The notes beneath the pieces were generated by a model, which searched no databases, was not told the DNA's origin, and worked only from the letters and a program-made list of their open reading frames with translations. Position numbers and translations under genes: made by a program. Of a stretch of DNA of 39,967 nt, positions 31,524 through 39,967 are shown piece after piece; the first letter of the stretch is position 1; each line of letters begins with the position of its first letter. The stretch covers positions 1 through 39,967 of the forward strand of contig JBDRCS010000057.1 of NCBI GenBank assembly GCA_043821615.1, written 5' to 3'. Origin of the DNA: Patescibacteria group bacterium (GTDB lineage: Bacteria; Patescibacteriota; Patescibacteriia; UBA9570; JAHJKD01).

Positions 31524-32657
31524 ATGGGATTAAAAACCGAAAAACAAATATTAGAAATTATTAAGCAGAGAGACAATATACTGGTCTGTCTGCCAAAAAA
31601 GCCCACTACCGATGCAATTGCCTCCGGACTGGGCATTTTTTCAGTATTGGAAAAACTGGGCAAAAGAGCAAAAGTCGTGGCTTCTGATTTTGTTTTGCCA
31701 AGTGATCATAATTTCCTACCAAAAAGCAAGGAAATTTACGCTGATCTTTCTTCTTTAAGAAAATTCATAATTACTGTGGACACGGCTGAAACTCAGCCGG
31801 AAAATTTGGAATACGACATTAAAGACAATCAATTAAATATTTATATCACTCCAAAGAACGGCTTTTATGAAGAAAGAGATGTAACCACCAGCTCAGGCAA
31901 CTTTGCTTTTGATTTAATTATTACGATTGACACGCCTGATTTAGACTCTCTGGGAGCTATTTACGATAATAATGCCGAATTTTTCTATCACACGCCAATC
32001 ATTAACATCGACCACAACCCAGCCAATGAACATTACGGCCAAATAAATTTAATAAATGTAACTGCGACCAGTGTTTCAGAAATTATTTTTGAACTTACTA
32101 ATGACTGGGGCGGAGAATATTTAGATGAATATATAGCCACAAATTTATTAACCGGCATTATTTCAAAAACCAAGAGCTTTAAAACCAATTCAGTTACGCC
32201 AAGATCCTTGGCTATTGCCTCTCACTTGATTTCTCAGGGGGCAAGACGGGACGATATTGTTAAAAATCTTTTTCAAAATAAGAGCCTGGCCACTTTGAAG
32301 CTCTGGGGCAAAGCCCTGGCAACCATTAAATCGGATTCGGAAAAGAAAATTGTCTGGTCTGTTTTAAGCCAGGATGACTTTCGGGAAGCCGGCGCCAAGG
32401 AAGGCGATTTGGACAAGGTAATAGACGAGCTGATTATTAATACTCCGGATGCGGAAAATGTGTTTATTGTATATGAAGATTATGCCGGATTTACCGAAGC
32501 TGTAATTGCCACAGCCCACTATATTGACGCTTTTAAGGTCTTTTCAGAATTTAAACCGACCGGAAACCAAGACTTTACTTATATAAAACTCACCGGAAAA
32601 ACCCGGGAAGAGGCAGAACAATTAATTTTAGGCAGATTAAAATCAGTAGTCAGGTAA
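31524..32657 (+). CDS. DHH/DHHA1 family phosphoesterase (NrnA-like), atypical DHN motif
   Basis: DAIASGLG, IITIDTPD and INIDHNPANEHYG (DHN in place of DHH). C-terminal DHHA1-like domain. Start taken at ATG 31524. Confidence 0.7.
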   Translation: MGLKTEKQILEIIKQRDNILVCLPKKPTTDAIASGLGIFSVLEKLGKRAKVVASDFVLPSDHNFLPKSKEIYADLSSLRKFIITVDTAETQPENLEYDIKDNQLNIYITPKNGFYEERDVTTSSGNFAFDLIITIDTPDLDSLGAIYDNNAEFFYHTPIINIDHNPANEHYGQINLINVTATSVSEIIFELTNDWGGEYLDEYIATNLLTGIISKTKSFKTNSVTPRSLAIASHLISQGARRDDIVKNLFQNKSLATLKLWGKALATIKSDSEKKIVWSVLSQDDFREAGAKEGDLDKVIDELIINTPDAENVFIVYEDYAGFTEAVIATAHYIDAFKVFSEFKPTGNQDFTYIKLTGKTREEAEQLILGRLKSVVR

Positions 32658-32666
32658 AAAGTTTTC

Positions 32667-32675
32667 TGGTATAAT
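32667..32675 (+). promoter_or_regulatory. Extended -10 TGgTATAAT, 6 nt before ATG 32682 (leaderless candidate)
   Basis: TATAAT at 32670-32675 preceded by TGG. The pilB/gspE ATG is at 32682. Confidence 0.5.
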
Positions 32676-32681
32676 ATTGCC

Positions 32682-34400
32682 ATGGCTACAGATGATTTAT
32701 TAAAATCTCCCCAAGAAAGAGACGATGCTCTTCAGGAAAAAATAAGGGAGATACAATTGAATAAGCTGGAAAAGATGACCAAGGAAAAAGCCGGTCAACT
32801 TTCCATGCAATATATTAATTTAAAGGGCTTTCCCATTGGCCCTGAAATTATTTCCTTGATTTCAGAGGAAAAAGCAAAAGAAGCAGAAGTGCTTTGTTTT
32901 TTTCATATGCAAAATCAAGTTCGGCTGGCTACTCCCAATCCTGACAACCCGGCAATTAATGACGTTGTTACCTCTCTGCAAAAATCTTTAAGAGGCCAAA
33001 AAATTGAATTATATCTAACTTCACAGCATAGCTTTGACCAAGCCATGAAGCTTTACGGCTCTGTCGCAAAAACCAGAAAAGTACAAATTGGAGTTAAAAT
33101 TACAGACGAACAATTAAAAGCCCTGCAGAATGAAGTTGCCAATTTTTCTGACCTGGAAAAAAAGATTCCAGAAAGTACCATGACCAATGCCTTTGCTATG
33201 ATTATTGCCAGCGCCATGAATGCCGGCTCATCTGATATTCATATTGAAGCTGAGGAAAATGACATTACAGTTCGTTTTAGAATTGACGGCATCCTGCAAG
33301 TAGTGGCTCGCCTGCCAAAAGACTTGTGGCACCGGCTAATTTCCCGCATCAAGGAATTATCCGGCCTGAAATTAAATGTAAGCGATGTTCCTCAGGATGG
33401 GCGAATTACTATCGATTCCAAGGCGGAAAAGATGGACATTCGTGTTTCCTGCCTGCCCACGACTTATGGCGAATCCGTGGTTATGCGTTTGTTGCGCTCC
33501 GGCTCCATTCAGCTTACTTTTGAAAAATTAGGACTAAGGCCAACTGTGTTTAAAAGACTGCAGGCAGAAATAGATAAACCAAACGGCATGATTGTGACAA
33601 CCGGTCCTACTGGTAGCGGTAAAACAACAACCTTGTATGCCATCTTGAACACCCTCAATAAGCCGGAAACAAAAATCATTACCCTGGAAAATCCGATTGA
33701 ATATAAATTAAAAGGTATTGCCCAGTCTCAGATTGACCATTCCAAAGACTACACCTTTTCCGCCGGTATCAGATCAATTTTAAGGCAAGACCCTGATATT
33801 ATTATGGTTGGTGAAATTAGAGATCTGGAAACTGCAGAAACGGCCGTGCAAGCTGCGTTGACCGGTCATTTATTGCTCTCCACTATTCATACCAATGATG
33901 CATCCGGATCCATACCAAGGTTTCTTTCCATGGGTGTGCCGCCATTTTTATTGGCGCCGGCCATTAATGCCGTGATTGGTCAGAGACTGGTGCGAACTAT
34001 TTGCCAGAAATGCAAAACTGAAGTTACGCCAGACTTTGAACTGCTGGAAAAAGCCAAACGAGGCCTTTCCATGATTCCGGAAAACTCCGGAGAAAAAGTG
34101 CCTGATCTGGAAAATCTAAAATTTTATAAAGGCAAAGGCTGTGCGGAATGCAATAATGCCGGCCTAAAAGGCAGAATCGGTATTTATGAAGTGTTTACGA
34201 TTAATCCGGAGATTGAGCAGGCAATTTTAGGCGGGGCCGTGAGTGAATATGAAATGAGAGACCTGACACATAAATCCGGCATGACAACCATGCTTCAAGA
34301 CGGCCTGCTAAAAGCTGCAGACGGCGTAACCACTTTGGAAGAAGTCTTTAAAGTGGCGGGCCAACAACTTGAAGACGCGCCGGATCTTAAAGCTTCTTAA
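32682..34400 (+). CDS. pilB: Type II secretion / type IV pilus assembly ATPase (GspE/PilB family)
   Basis: 572 aa. N-terminal GSPII_E-type domain. Walker A GPTGSGKTT. Asp box and Walker B IIMVGEIRD. His box. CxxC...CxxC zinc module (CQKC..CAEC). Confidence 0.9.
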   Translation: MATDDLLKSPQERDDALQEKIREIQLNKLEKMTKEKAGQLSMQYINLKGFPIGPEIISLISEEKAKEAEVLCFFHMQNQVRLATPNPDNPAINDVVTSLQKSLRGQKIELYLTSQHSFDQAMKLYGSVAKTRKVQIGVKITDEQLKALQNEVANFSDLEKKIPESTMTNAFAMIIASAMNAGSSDIHIEAEENDITVRFRIDGILQVVARLPKDLWHRLISRIKELSGLKLNVSDVPQDGRITIDSKAEKMDIRVSCLPTTYGESVVMRLLRSGSIQLTFEKLGLRPTVFKRLQAEIDKPNGMIVTTGPTGSGKTTTLYAILNTLNKPETKIITLENPIEYKLKGIAQSQIDHSKDYTFSAGIRSILRQDPDIIMVGEIRDLETAETAVQAALTGHLLLSTIHTNDASGSIPRFLSMGVPPFLLAPAINAVIGQRLVRTICQKCKTEVTPDFELLEKAKRGLSMIPENSGEKVPDLENLKFYKGKGCAECNNAGLKGRIGIYEVFTINPEIEQAILGGAVSEYEMRDLTHKSGMTTMLQDGLLKAADGVTTLEEVFKVAGQQLEDAPDLKAS

Positions 34401-37002
34401 TTTGATTATTCAGTTCTACTAATTCGTTTTGCTTTTCAGCCAGTCTTTCCTTGTCTTGAGACACTATATTATCTGGAGCGTTTTCCAGATATTTTTTATT
34501 AGAAAGTTTCTTTTCTAGGCCGATCAGATATTTTTCTAACTGATCTTTTTCCTTAGTTAGCTTAGCCTTTTCTTGTTCAAAATCTACTAACCCTTCTAAA
34601 TTAAGATCAATAAACTCTAAAGAAACTGTTCCTTCTTTCGGCAATTTTTCCACAAAATCAATGCTGCCTAAATTTATAATAAGTTCTTTGCCTTTATCGG
34701 AAATCTGTTTTGTGGGCTTAGCTTTTAATTTTTGCTGGGGCTTGATTTGATAATTTGCTCTTAGATTTCGGATATCAGTAATGGTGCCTTTGGCTTTATT
34801 AAATATTTTTACTTCTTCTTTGTGTTCATGTTTTTTAGATTCTGGCCAAGGTGCAATCATGAGAGTTTCTTTTTTATCTAGATTTTTCCAGATCTCTTCG
34901 GTAACAAAAGGAATGGCAGGGTGTAATAGTTTTAAAAGGCCTTCTAAGATGTAATATAAAATCTGGGATTTAGATTCAGTTTTTTCAAACTTGGAAATTT
35001 CTAGATACCAGTCTGCAAATTCGTGCCAGACAAACTCATAAATACGGTCATAAGCCCGGCCAAATTCAAAAGTGTCCAGATCTTTGGTGGTCTTGCTAAT
35101 AAGCTCGTCAAATAAATGGAGAATGGCTTTATCTGTAGTCGTTTCTGGTTTAGGATTACTATATTCTTTTGGCTTTTCATAAGTGGAGAAAATAAATCGA
35201 GAAACATTCCATAATTTATTTACGAAATTCCGGTAGCCGGCGATTTTTTCTTTGTAGAGCTTAATGTCATTGCCAGGCGAGGTGCCGATTAATAAGGAAA
35301 GCCGGAGAGAGTCGGTGCCAAAATCCTTAATCATATCCAGGGGATCAATAATGGTTTCCGGTTTTGATTTGGACATTTTTTCACCGGTGCGGGTGCGGAC
35401 CAAACCATGCAGGTAAACATTTTCAAATGGAACTTCTCCCATGGCATAAGTGGTCATTATGATCATGCGAGCCACCCAAAAGAAAAGAATGTCGTAACCG
35501 GTTTCCATAACCTGAGTTGGATGGAACTCTTTCAAATCACCAGTTTTTTCGGGTTTACCCGCCATAGTTTTAACGGAGGCGGGCCAACCTAAAGTAGAGA
35601 AGGTCCACATACCTGCAGAAAACCACGTGTCTAATGAATCTGACTCTTGAACATAATCCTCCCCAGGAGACTCAACTTGAACAACAGGATTTTCTTTTAC
35701 CAAATCTTCCTTTTTATACCAAACCGGCATGCGATGGCCAAACCAAATCTGGCGGGAAATACACCAGTCGCGCAAATTTTCCATCCAGTGAAAATATATT
35801 TTTTCAAATCTGTCGGGGATGATGTTTATTTCTTTATTTTTAACAACCTCCAGTGATTTTTCTTTAAGAGATTTATTTTTTAAGGATTTTATTTTTTTGT
35901 TGACGTCTATAAACCATTGCTTGCTCAAAAGCGGCTCGATAGCCGTGCCACAGCGATAGCAAATGGAGGTGGATTGCTGATAGTCTTCTTCTTTCTCTAA
36001 AAGTCCAGCTTCTTTTAAGTCTTTTAAGAAGGCTTGGCGCGCTTCTTTTACAGCAAGGCCGGCATATTTTCCCGCTTCGTCTGTCATCGTACCCTTTTCA
36101 TTAATAACCTGAATTTTCTCTAAGCCATATTTATCGGCCCAGGCATAATCTGTCTGAGAATGAGCAGGCGTCACACCAATGGCACCGGTTCCAAATTCCT
36201 GATCAACATCTTTATCTGCGAAAACCTTTACTTTTATCTTGTGGCCAGCTAAATCAACATCGATTTCTTGACCGACATATTTTTGATAGCGCTTGTCATC
36301 CGGATGCACAGCCAAGCCAGTGTCGCCCAGCTTGGTTTCCGGGCGAGAGGTAGCAATTACAAACGGTCCATATTTCATGTAATAAAGCTGGGCAGACTGG
36401 TCTTTGTGTTCGACTTCGTCGTCGGACAAAGTGGATTCACAATGCGGGCACCAGTTTACAATCCGATAACCCTGATAAACAAGCTCGTCTTCATACATTT
36501 TTACAAACATGGCTTGCACGGCTTTGGTAAGGCCTTCATCCATGGTAAATCTTTCACGAGACCAGTCGCAGGAAGAACCCATTTTTCTGATTTGGTTGCG
36601 GATGGTTTCTTGTGAGTCTTTTACATATTGGTTGACGCGTTCGATAAACTTTTCTTGGCCAAGGTCGTGCTTGGTTTTGCCTTCTTCTTTGAGCTGAGCC
36701 TCTACTTTGGCGTTTGAGGCAATGGCAGCATGGTCTGTGCCTGGCACCCAAAGAGCTTTTTCGCCCTTCATACGGTGATAGCGGATCATGAGGTCTTCCA
36801 AGGTTAAAAACATGGCATGGCCGATGTGGAGCTTGCCCGTGGCGTTGGGAGGGGGCATGGAAATTGTGAAAGTCTTTTTTCCTTTAAGACCTGCCTTGCC
36901 GGCAGGCAGGTTATCGGGATTAAAAAAACCAGAGTCTTCCCACTCTTTATAGATGTTGTCTTCTACTTTGGAAGCGTCGTATGCTTTGGGTAATTCTTTC
37001 AT
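34387..37002 (-). CDS. valS: Valyl-tRNA synthetase
   Basis: PPPNATGKLHIGHA (HIGH), KMSKSK, C-terminal coiled coil. Start taken at MKELPKAYD (ATG 37002), because the track extension MERGTGGED is translated from the GC hairpin repeat. The 3' end overlaps pilB by 14 nt (convergent). Confidence 0.95.
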   Translation of the reverse strand: MKELPKAYDASKVEDNIYKEWEDSGFFNPDNLPAGKAGLKGKKTFTISMPPPNATGKLHIGHAMFLTLEDLMIRYHRMKGEKALWVPGTDHAAIASNAKVEAQLKEEGKTKHDLGQEKFIERVNQYVKDSQETIRNQIRKMGSSCDWSRERFTMDEGLTKAVQAMFVKMYEDELVYQGYRIVNWCPHCESTLSDDEVEHKDQSAQLYYMKYGPFVIATSRPETKLGDTGLAVHPDDKRYQKYVGQEIDVDLAGHKIKVKVFADKDVDQEFGTGAIGVTPAHSQTDYAWADKYGLEKIQVINEKGTMTDEAGKYAGLAVKEARQAFLKDLKEAGLLEKEEDYQQSTSICYRCGTAIEPLLSKQWFIDVNKKIKSLKNKSLKEKSLEVVKNKEINIIPDRFEKIYFHWMENLRDWCISRQIWFGHRMPVWYKKEDLVKENPVVQVESPGEDYVQESDSLDTWFSAGMWTFSTLGWPASVKTMAGKPEKTGDLKEFHPTQVMETGYDILFFWVARMIIMTTYAMGEVPFENVYLHGLVRTRTGEKMSKSKPETIIDPLDMIKDFGTDSLRLSLLIGTSPGNDIKLYKEKIAGYRNFVNKLWNVSRFIFSTYEKPKEYSNPKPETTTDKAILHLFDELISKTTKDLDTFEFGRAYDRIYEFVWHEFADWYLEISKFEKTESKSQILYYILEGLLKLLHPAIPFVTEEIWKNLDKKETLMIAPWPESKKHEHKEEVKIFNKAKGTITDIRNLRANYQIKPQQKLKAKPTKQISDKGKELIINLGSIDFVEKLPKEGTVSLEFIDLNLEGLVDFEQEKAKLTKEKDQLEKYLIGLEKKLSNKKYLENAPDNIVSQDKERLAEKQNELVELNNQIKKL

Positions 37003-37004
37003 AT

Positions 37005-37047
37005 CCTCACCCCCTGTCCCCCTCTCCACTTCTGGAGAGGGGGAAAC
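37005..37047 (+). repeat. GC-rich hairpin repeat, copy 2 (REP-like)
   Basis: CCTCACCCCCTGTCCCCCTCTCCACTTCTGGAGAGGGGGAAAC. Stem CCCCCTCTCCA/TGGAGAGGGGG; relative to copy 1, the closing C:G pair has changed to A:T on both arms. Confidence 0.8.
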
Positions 37048-37058
37048 AAGAGTTATAT

Positions 37059-38039
37059 TTATCTATTATTTATTATTTTTATGTAAAAGCCTGCTCTCTT
37101 TTTATCATAATAAGACTGGTTTTGTCTATGAAACTCGGGATCTAGCACGGAAAGCCGAATTAATTTCCCAGCTTTCAGAACATAAGGATTAATGACTCTG
37201 ATTTTAGCTTTGATAAAAAAATCGTAATCATCCGGATTCTCTTTTATTTTTAAATCTTTCACTTGATTAAGACGATAGACAATAGAATCATTTTTAGACT
37301 CAACTAATTTATTATAAACTATTTCGTCGGTTGAAAAAAGGTCTTTAAAATCAATCACTTTCTCTATCAATCCGATTTTAATAGCCTCGGCAAAGATGTG
37401 GTAAAGCGCAGCCTGGTAAGGGTTGCCCCAGAGGCGGTCAGAAGCGTCCCGGAATTTTTCCGCAAATTTTTTGGCAATTGCCTGATGCTCAAAAGCAATG
37501 TCTTGTTCAAAGCGGGCCATGTCCTGAAAATATTCCTCCACCTCGGCTACTTTTAGAGCTTTGTCAGTCACCATGTCCCGGAAAAAATAATCTATTCTGT
37601 CCGCACATAAATCCGGCAAGTCGCGATCTAATAATTTATATTTGGAATGATTAAAAATGTCCTGCGAATTTATTTGATGGTTTTTTAAGATGGCCGGTAT
37701 CTCTGAATTGTTAATAATGGTTTCGTGAAATTCCTCGTGAAAAGGCACGCCACTTTCTCCGCCAAAGACAAAATCGATAACATGGGAAAAGGCCGTGTGC
37801 GGGACATCATGCAACAAGCCGGCGACTTGTTCTTCTAAAGTGGCATTGAGGTGGTTAAGAATATAGTAGACGCCCACCGAGTGCTCAAACCTGGTGGTAT
37901 CAAGGTGAGAGAAACGATAATAGCTGGCACCGTATTGATTCACCTCTTTTATCCTCTGCATGGGCGCGGATTCTAAAAGCTCCAGGATAACCGGTTCTGT
38001 GATTTTAAATTCGCCGTATATTTTGTCTTGGTATTTCAT
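37059..38039 (-). CDS. HD-domain phosphohydrolase (COG1078 / SAMHD1-like architecture)
   Basis: DKIYGEFKITEPVILELLESAPMQRIKEVNQYG ... TRFEHSVGVYYI ... LLHDVPHTAFSH ... DRIDYFFRD. Confidence 0.75.
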   Translation of the reverse strand: MKYQDKIYGEFKITEPVILELLESAPMQRIKEVNQYGASYYRFSHLDTTRFEHSVGVYYILNHLNATLEEQVAGLLHDVPHTAFSHVIDFVFGGESGVPFHEEFHETIINNSEIPAILKNHQINSQDIFNHSKYKLLDRDLPDLCADRIDYFFRDMVTDKALKVAEVEEYFQDMARFEQDIAFEHQAIAKKFAEKFRDASDRLWGNPYQAALYHIFAEAIKIGLIEKVIDFKDLFSTDEIVYNKLVESKNDSIVYRLNQVKDLKIKENPDDYDFFIKAKIRVINPYVLKAGKLIRLSVLDPEFHRQNQSYYDKKRAGFYIKIINNR

Positions 38040-38688
38040 AGGGAGATATTATATACCGAATTGAGCTTGTCTTCAAGTGATGTTTTTTATAATTATTAAA
38101 CGTATAATTTAATTTTTGATCAAATTGCTCTTCATCATCCATAATTTCTTTCCATGATTCATGACGCCAAATGCGTTGTCTTAATTTAATTATATTTAAT
38201 GTCTCTTGGGTTATGGACCGCGGGCAACACGGAGGCTGCCCGCTAACTGGATTTGAGGTTAGCCCCGGGCCTCTGTGCCCGGGGCGGGAATTTATAAACA
38301 TATTTTCATTTATTCGCGACGAGCACAGAGGCTCGCCGCTAACGTTATCTATTGGAAATTTTTTACAAAAACAATTTTTACCACAAACATATTCATAATC
38401 CAAATTTTCAATATTGTTTATATAAAATAACAATTGATTGGTTGAATAACTTTTCAAATCATGTTCAAAATTTTCAATATCAATCCCTTTAACGAATTTT
38501 ACCATTAAATTAAAATGGCAAGGCATAATTGAATATGAATAAATTTTAAAATCATACTTGGAATAATAATAAAATAAATAATCCTCGATTAAACTACTTA
38601 AAATGTAACTTGAAAAAATTGGGATTTTTTTATATGTCGAAAAAATTAAGTAATAAATTCGATTATTTTTTAATAAATATTTACTCAT
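38005..38688 (-). CDS. Divergent IS200/COG1943-type HUH (Y1) transposase-like protein, probably inactive
   Basis: IYSYSIMPCHFNLMV aligns with the family's MPNH(I/F)HLL motif, so HUH reads H-F-N here. The C-terminal QRIWRHESWKEIMDDEEQFDQKLNYTFNNYKKH resembles WQR.yYEHiiRne..l..i..Yi.nNP but lacks the Tyr. Start taken at MSKYLL (ATG 38688), downstream of the tsaD stop. Confidence 0.4.
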   Translation of the reverse strand: MSKYLLKNNRIYYLIFSTYKKIPIFSSYILSSLIEDYLFYYYSKYDFKIYSYSIMPCHFNLMVKFVKGIDIENFEHDLKSYSTNQLLFYINNIENLDYEYVCGKNCFCKKFPIDNVSGEPLCSSRINENMFINSRPGHRGPGLTSNPVSGQPPCCPRSITQETLNIIKLRQRIWRHESWKEIMDDEEQFDQKLNYTFNNYKKHHLKTSSIRYIISPYEIPRQNIRRI

Positions 38689-38758
38689 AAAATTAAAAAC
38701 GACCCATTGGTTTGGATCGCCGAATTTAAATAAAGAATAACAAAAATTATTTACATTG

Positions 38759-39739
38759 TCAAACAAGTTCCCAATTGGGATCGGCTTGAATTTTAAATAA
38801 ATTGGTGGCTTTTTTCTTGTAGGCGCCGGCGGCCGCAACCATGGCCGCGTTATCGGTGGTGAATTCCAGGTCCGGAATCAGGGTATTTTCAAAAGTTTCC
38901 CTAAATCTAGTACGCAGCCTTTGATTGGCAGAGACGCCGCCGGCCAGCAAAAAAGTCCGGGCATTATAATATTTTGACGCTTCTTTAGTTTTTTTAATTA
39001 AAACATCCACTATTGCCTCTTCCAGAGAGGCGGCAATGTCGGGCTGGCTATAATCTTTGAAGTTTGGCTCTTCATAGAGAAAAGCGGTTTTGAGGCCGGA
39101 AAAGGAAAAATCGTAGTTGCCGGAATCCAGCATAGGACGCGGAAAATCAATGACCGGCTTGCCCCGATTGGCGAGCTTGGAAATTTCCGGTCCGCCGGGA
39201 TAAGGCAGGCCCATTACTTTGGCGCATTTATCGAAACACTCGCCGGCCGCATCATCCTGGGTGGTGCCGATCAGCTGATACTCTCCCTGGCGGGAAAGCA
39301 AAACAATTTCAGTGTGACCGCCAGAGACAATCAGGCACAAGGCCGGGTATAGCACTTTTTTATTGGAGAGAAAGTTGGCCCCAATATGAGCCTCCATATG
39401 GTTGACCTTAAATATTGGCTTTTTCCATAATAGAGAAAGAGCCTTGGCTGTTTCCGTGCCCACTATTAACGAGGTAATAAGACCGGGGCCGGAGGCAATG
39501 GCGATCCGGTCCAGGTCTTCCCATTTTGTCTGCGCATCCCAAAGGGAGCCATTGATTACAGGAATAATATTTTTCACATGTTCACGCGCAGCCACTTCCG
39601 GGACTACGCCACCGGTTTCACGGTGAATGGATATTTGCGAGGAAACAATGTTTGATAAAACTGAAAAACGACCCTTTTCATGTTCCACAACTGAGGCGGA
39701 AGTTTCGTCACAGCTTGTTTCTATGCCAAGTATTTTCAT
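38759..39739 (-). CDS. tsaD: tRNA N6-adenosine threonylcarbamoyltransferase TsaD
   Basis: MKILGIETSCDETSASVV, HMEAHI, GGVSAN. Start taken at ATG 39739; the track's 62-aa extension is AT-rich junk. Confidence 0.9.
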   Translation of the reverse strand: MKILGIETSCDETSASVVEHEKGRFSVLSNIVSSQISIHRETGGVVPEVAAREHVKNIIPVINGSLWDAQTKWEDLDRIAIASGPGLITSLIVGTETAKALSLLWKKPIFKVNHMEAHIGANFLSNKKVLYPALCLIVSGGHTEIVLLSRQGEYQLIGTTQDDAAGECFDKCAKVMGLPYPGGPEISKLANRGKPVIDFPRPMLDSGNYDFSFSGLKTAFLYEEPNFKDYSQPDIAASLEEAIVDVLIKKTKEASKYYNARTFLLAGGVSANQRLRTRFRETFENTLIPDLEFTTDNAAMVAAAGAYKKKATNLFKIQADPNWELV

Positions 39740-39792
39740 ATTGGGTATATTAATTGATTTATTTGTTGTTGGCAATGTGATATTATAAGGAT

Positions 39793-39967
39793 ATGGATTT
39801 AGGCGCTTTAAAGAATAAATATGAAAAAGGAGAAAAGCTGACTGCGGGTGAGCGTTTTTTTCTAAAAAAGAACGGCGTTGATATTGAAGTGGAAGATACC
39901 AGTCCGGAATCAAAAGAAAAAACAATCGCAGCCGAAACAGAATCTTTTGAATTGGCCAATAAAAAAA
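39793..39967 (+). CDS. Partial ORF running off the right edge (hypothetical)
   Basis: My translation is MDLGALKNKYEKGEKLTAGERFFLKKNGVDIEVEDTSPESKEKTIAAETESFELANKK, open to the window end. TGaTATTAT ends 6 nt before the ATG. Confidence 0.35.
   Translation, partial: MDLGALKNKYEKGEKLTAGERFFLKKNGVDIEVEDTSPESKEKTIAAETESFELANKK

Noticed and set aside
34387-39925. ORF-track N-terminal extensions of valS (to 37029), tsaD (to 39925) and the Y1-like gene (to 38838)
   Set aside because: The extensions read through repeat or intergenic sequence, or through the upstream gene. Conserved N-termini (MKELPKAYD, MKILGIETSCDETS) and the position of the tsaD stop fix the shorter starts.

Overview
AT-rich, gene-dense bacterial window with about 40 protein genes on both strands and three tRNAs (Arg-TCT, Met/Ile2-CAT, His-GTG). 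I found no rRNA, no CRISPR array and no classical IS element. Most genes are housekeeping: leuS (partial, runs off the left edge), rsmI, comM/yifB, lspA, gmk, pnp, rpsO, a Xer-type recombinase, cca, valS and tsaD. Envelope and secretion genes include a LysM/M23 peptidase, two secreted clan GH-A glycosidases, a GT-C glycosyltransferase, a beta-propeller protein and a PilB/GspE ATPase. The gene content, sparse Shine-Dalgarno use and small intergenic spaces fit a small-genome Patescibacteria/CPR-like organism; this is inference, not proof. Features the annotation does not explain: (1) Two sharply GC-rich islands (about 20690-21245 and 28447-29560) encode small membrane proteins with strong GGAG/GGAGG ribosome sites, unlike the host genes. 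The first island is flanked by a roughly 20-nt imperfect direct repeat. (2) A third GC-rich patch (12301-12632) has no credible ORF and folds into many perfect helices, so it is a candidate structured RNA that I could not assign to a known family. (3) A 43-nt GC hairpin repeat occurs twice, with a compensatory base-pair change between copies. A divergent, probably inactive HUH/Y1 (RAYT-like) transposase homolog lies about 1 kb from one copy. (4) Two copies of a roughly 110-nt structured element with covariation lie immediately upstream of tRNA-Arg and tRNA-His. (5) An orphan 397-aa ORF starts 4 nt after tRNA-Arg. (6) The architecture TGnTAtAAT-N6-ATG recurs and suggests widespread leaderless mRNAs. 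All functional calls come from motif recognition by eye; no searches were run.
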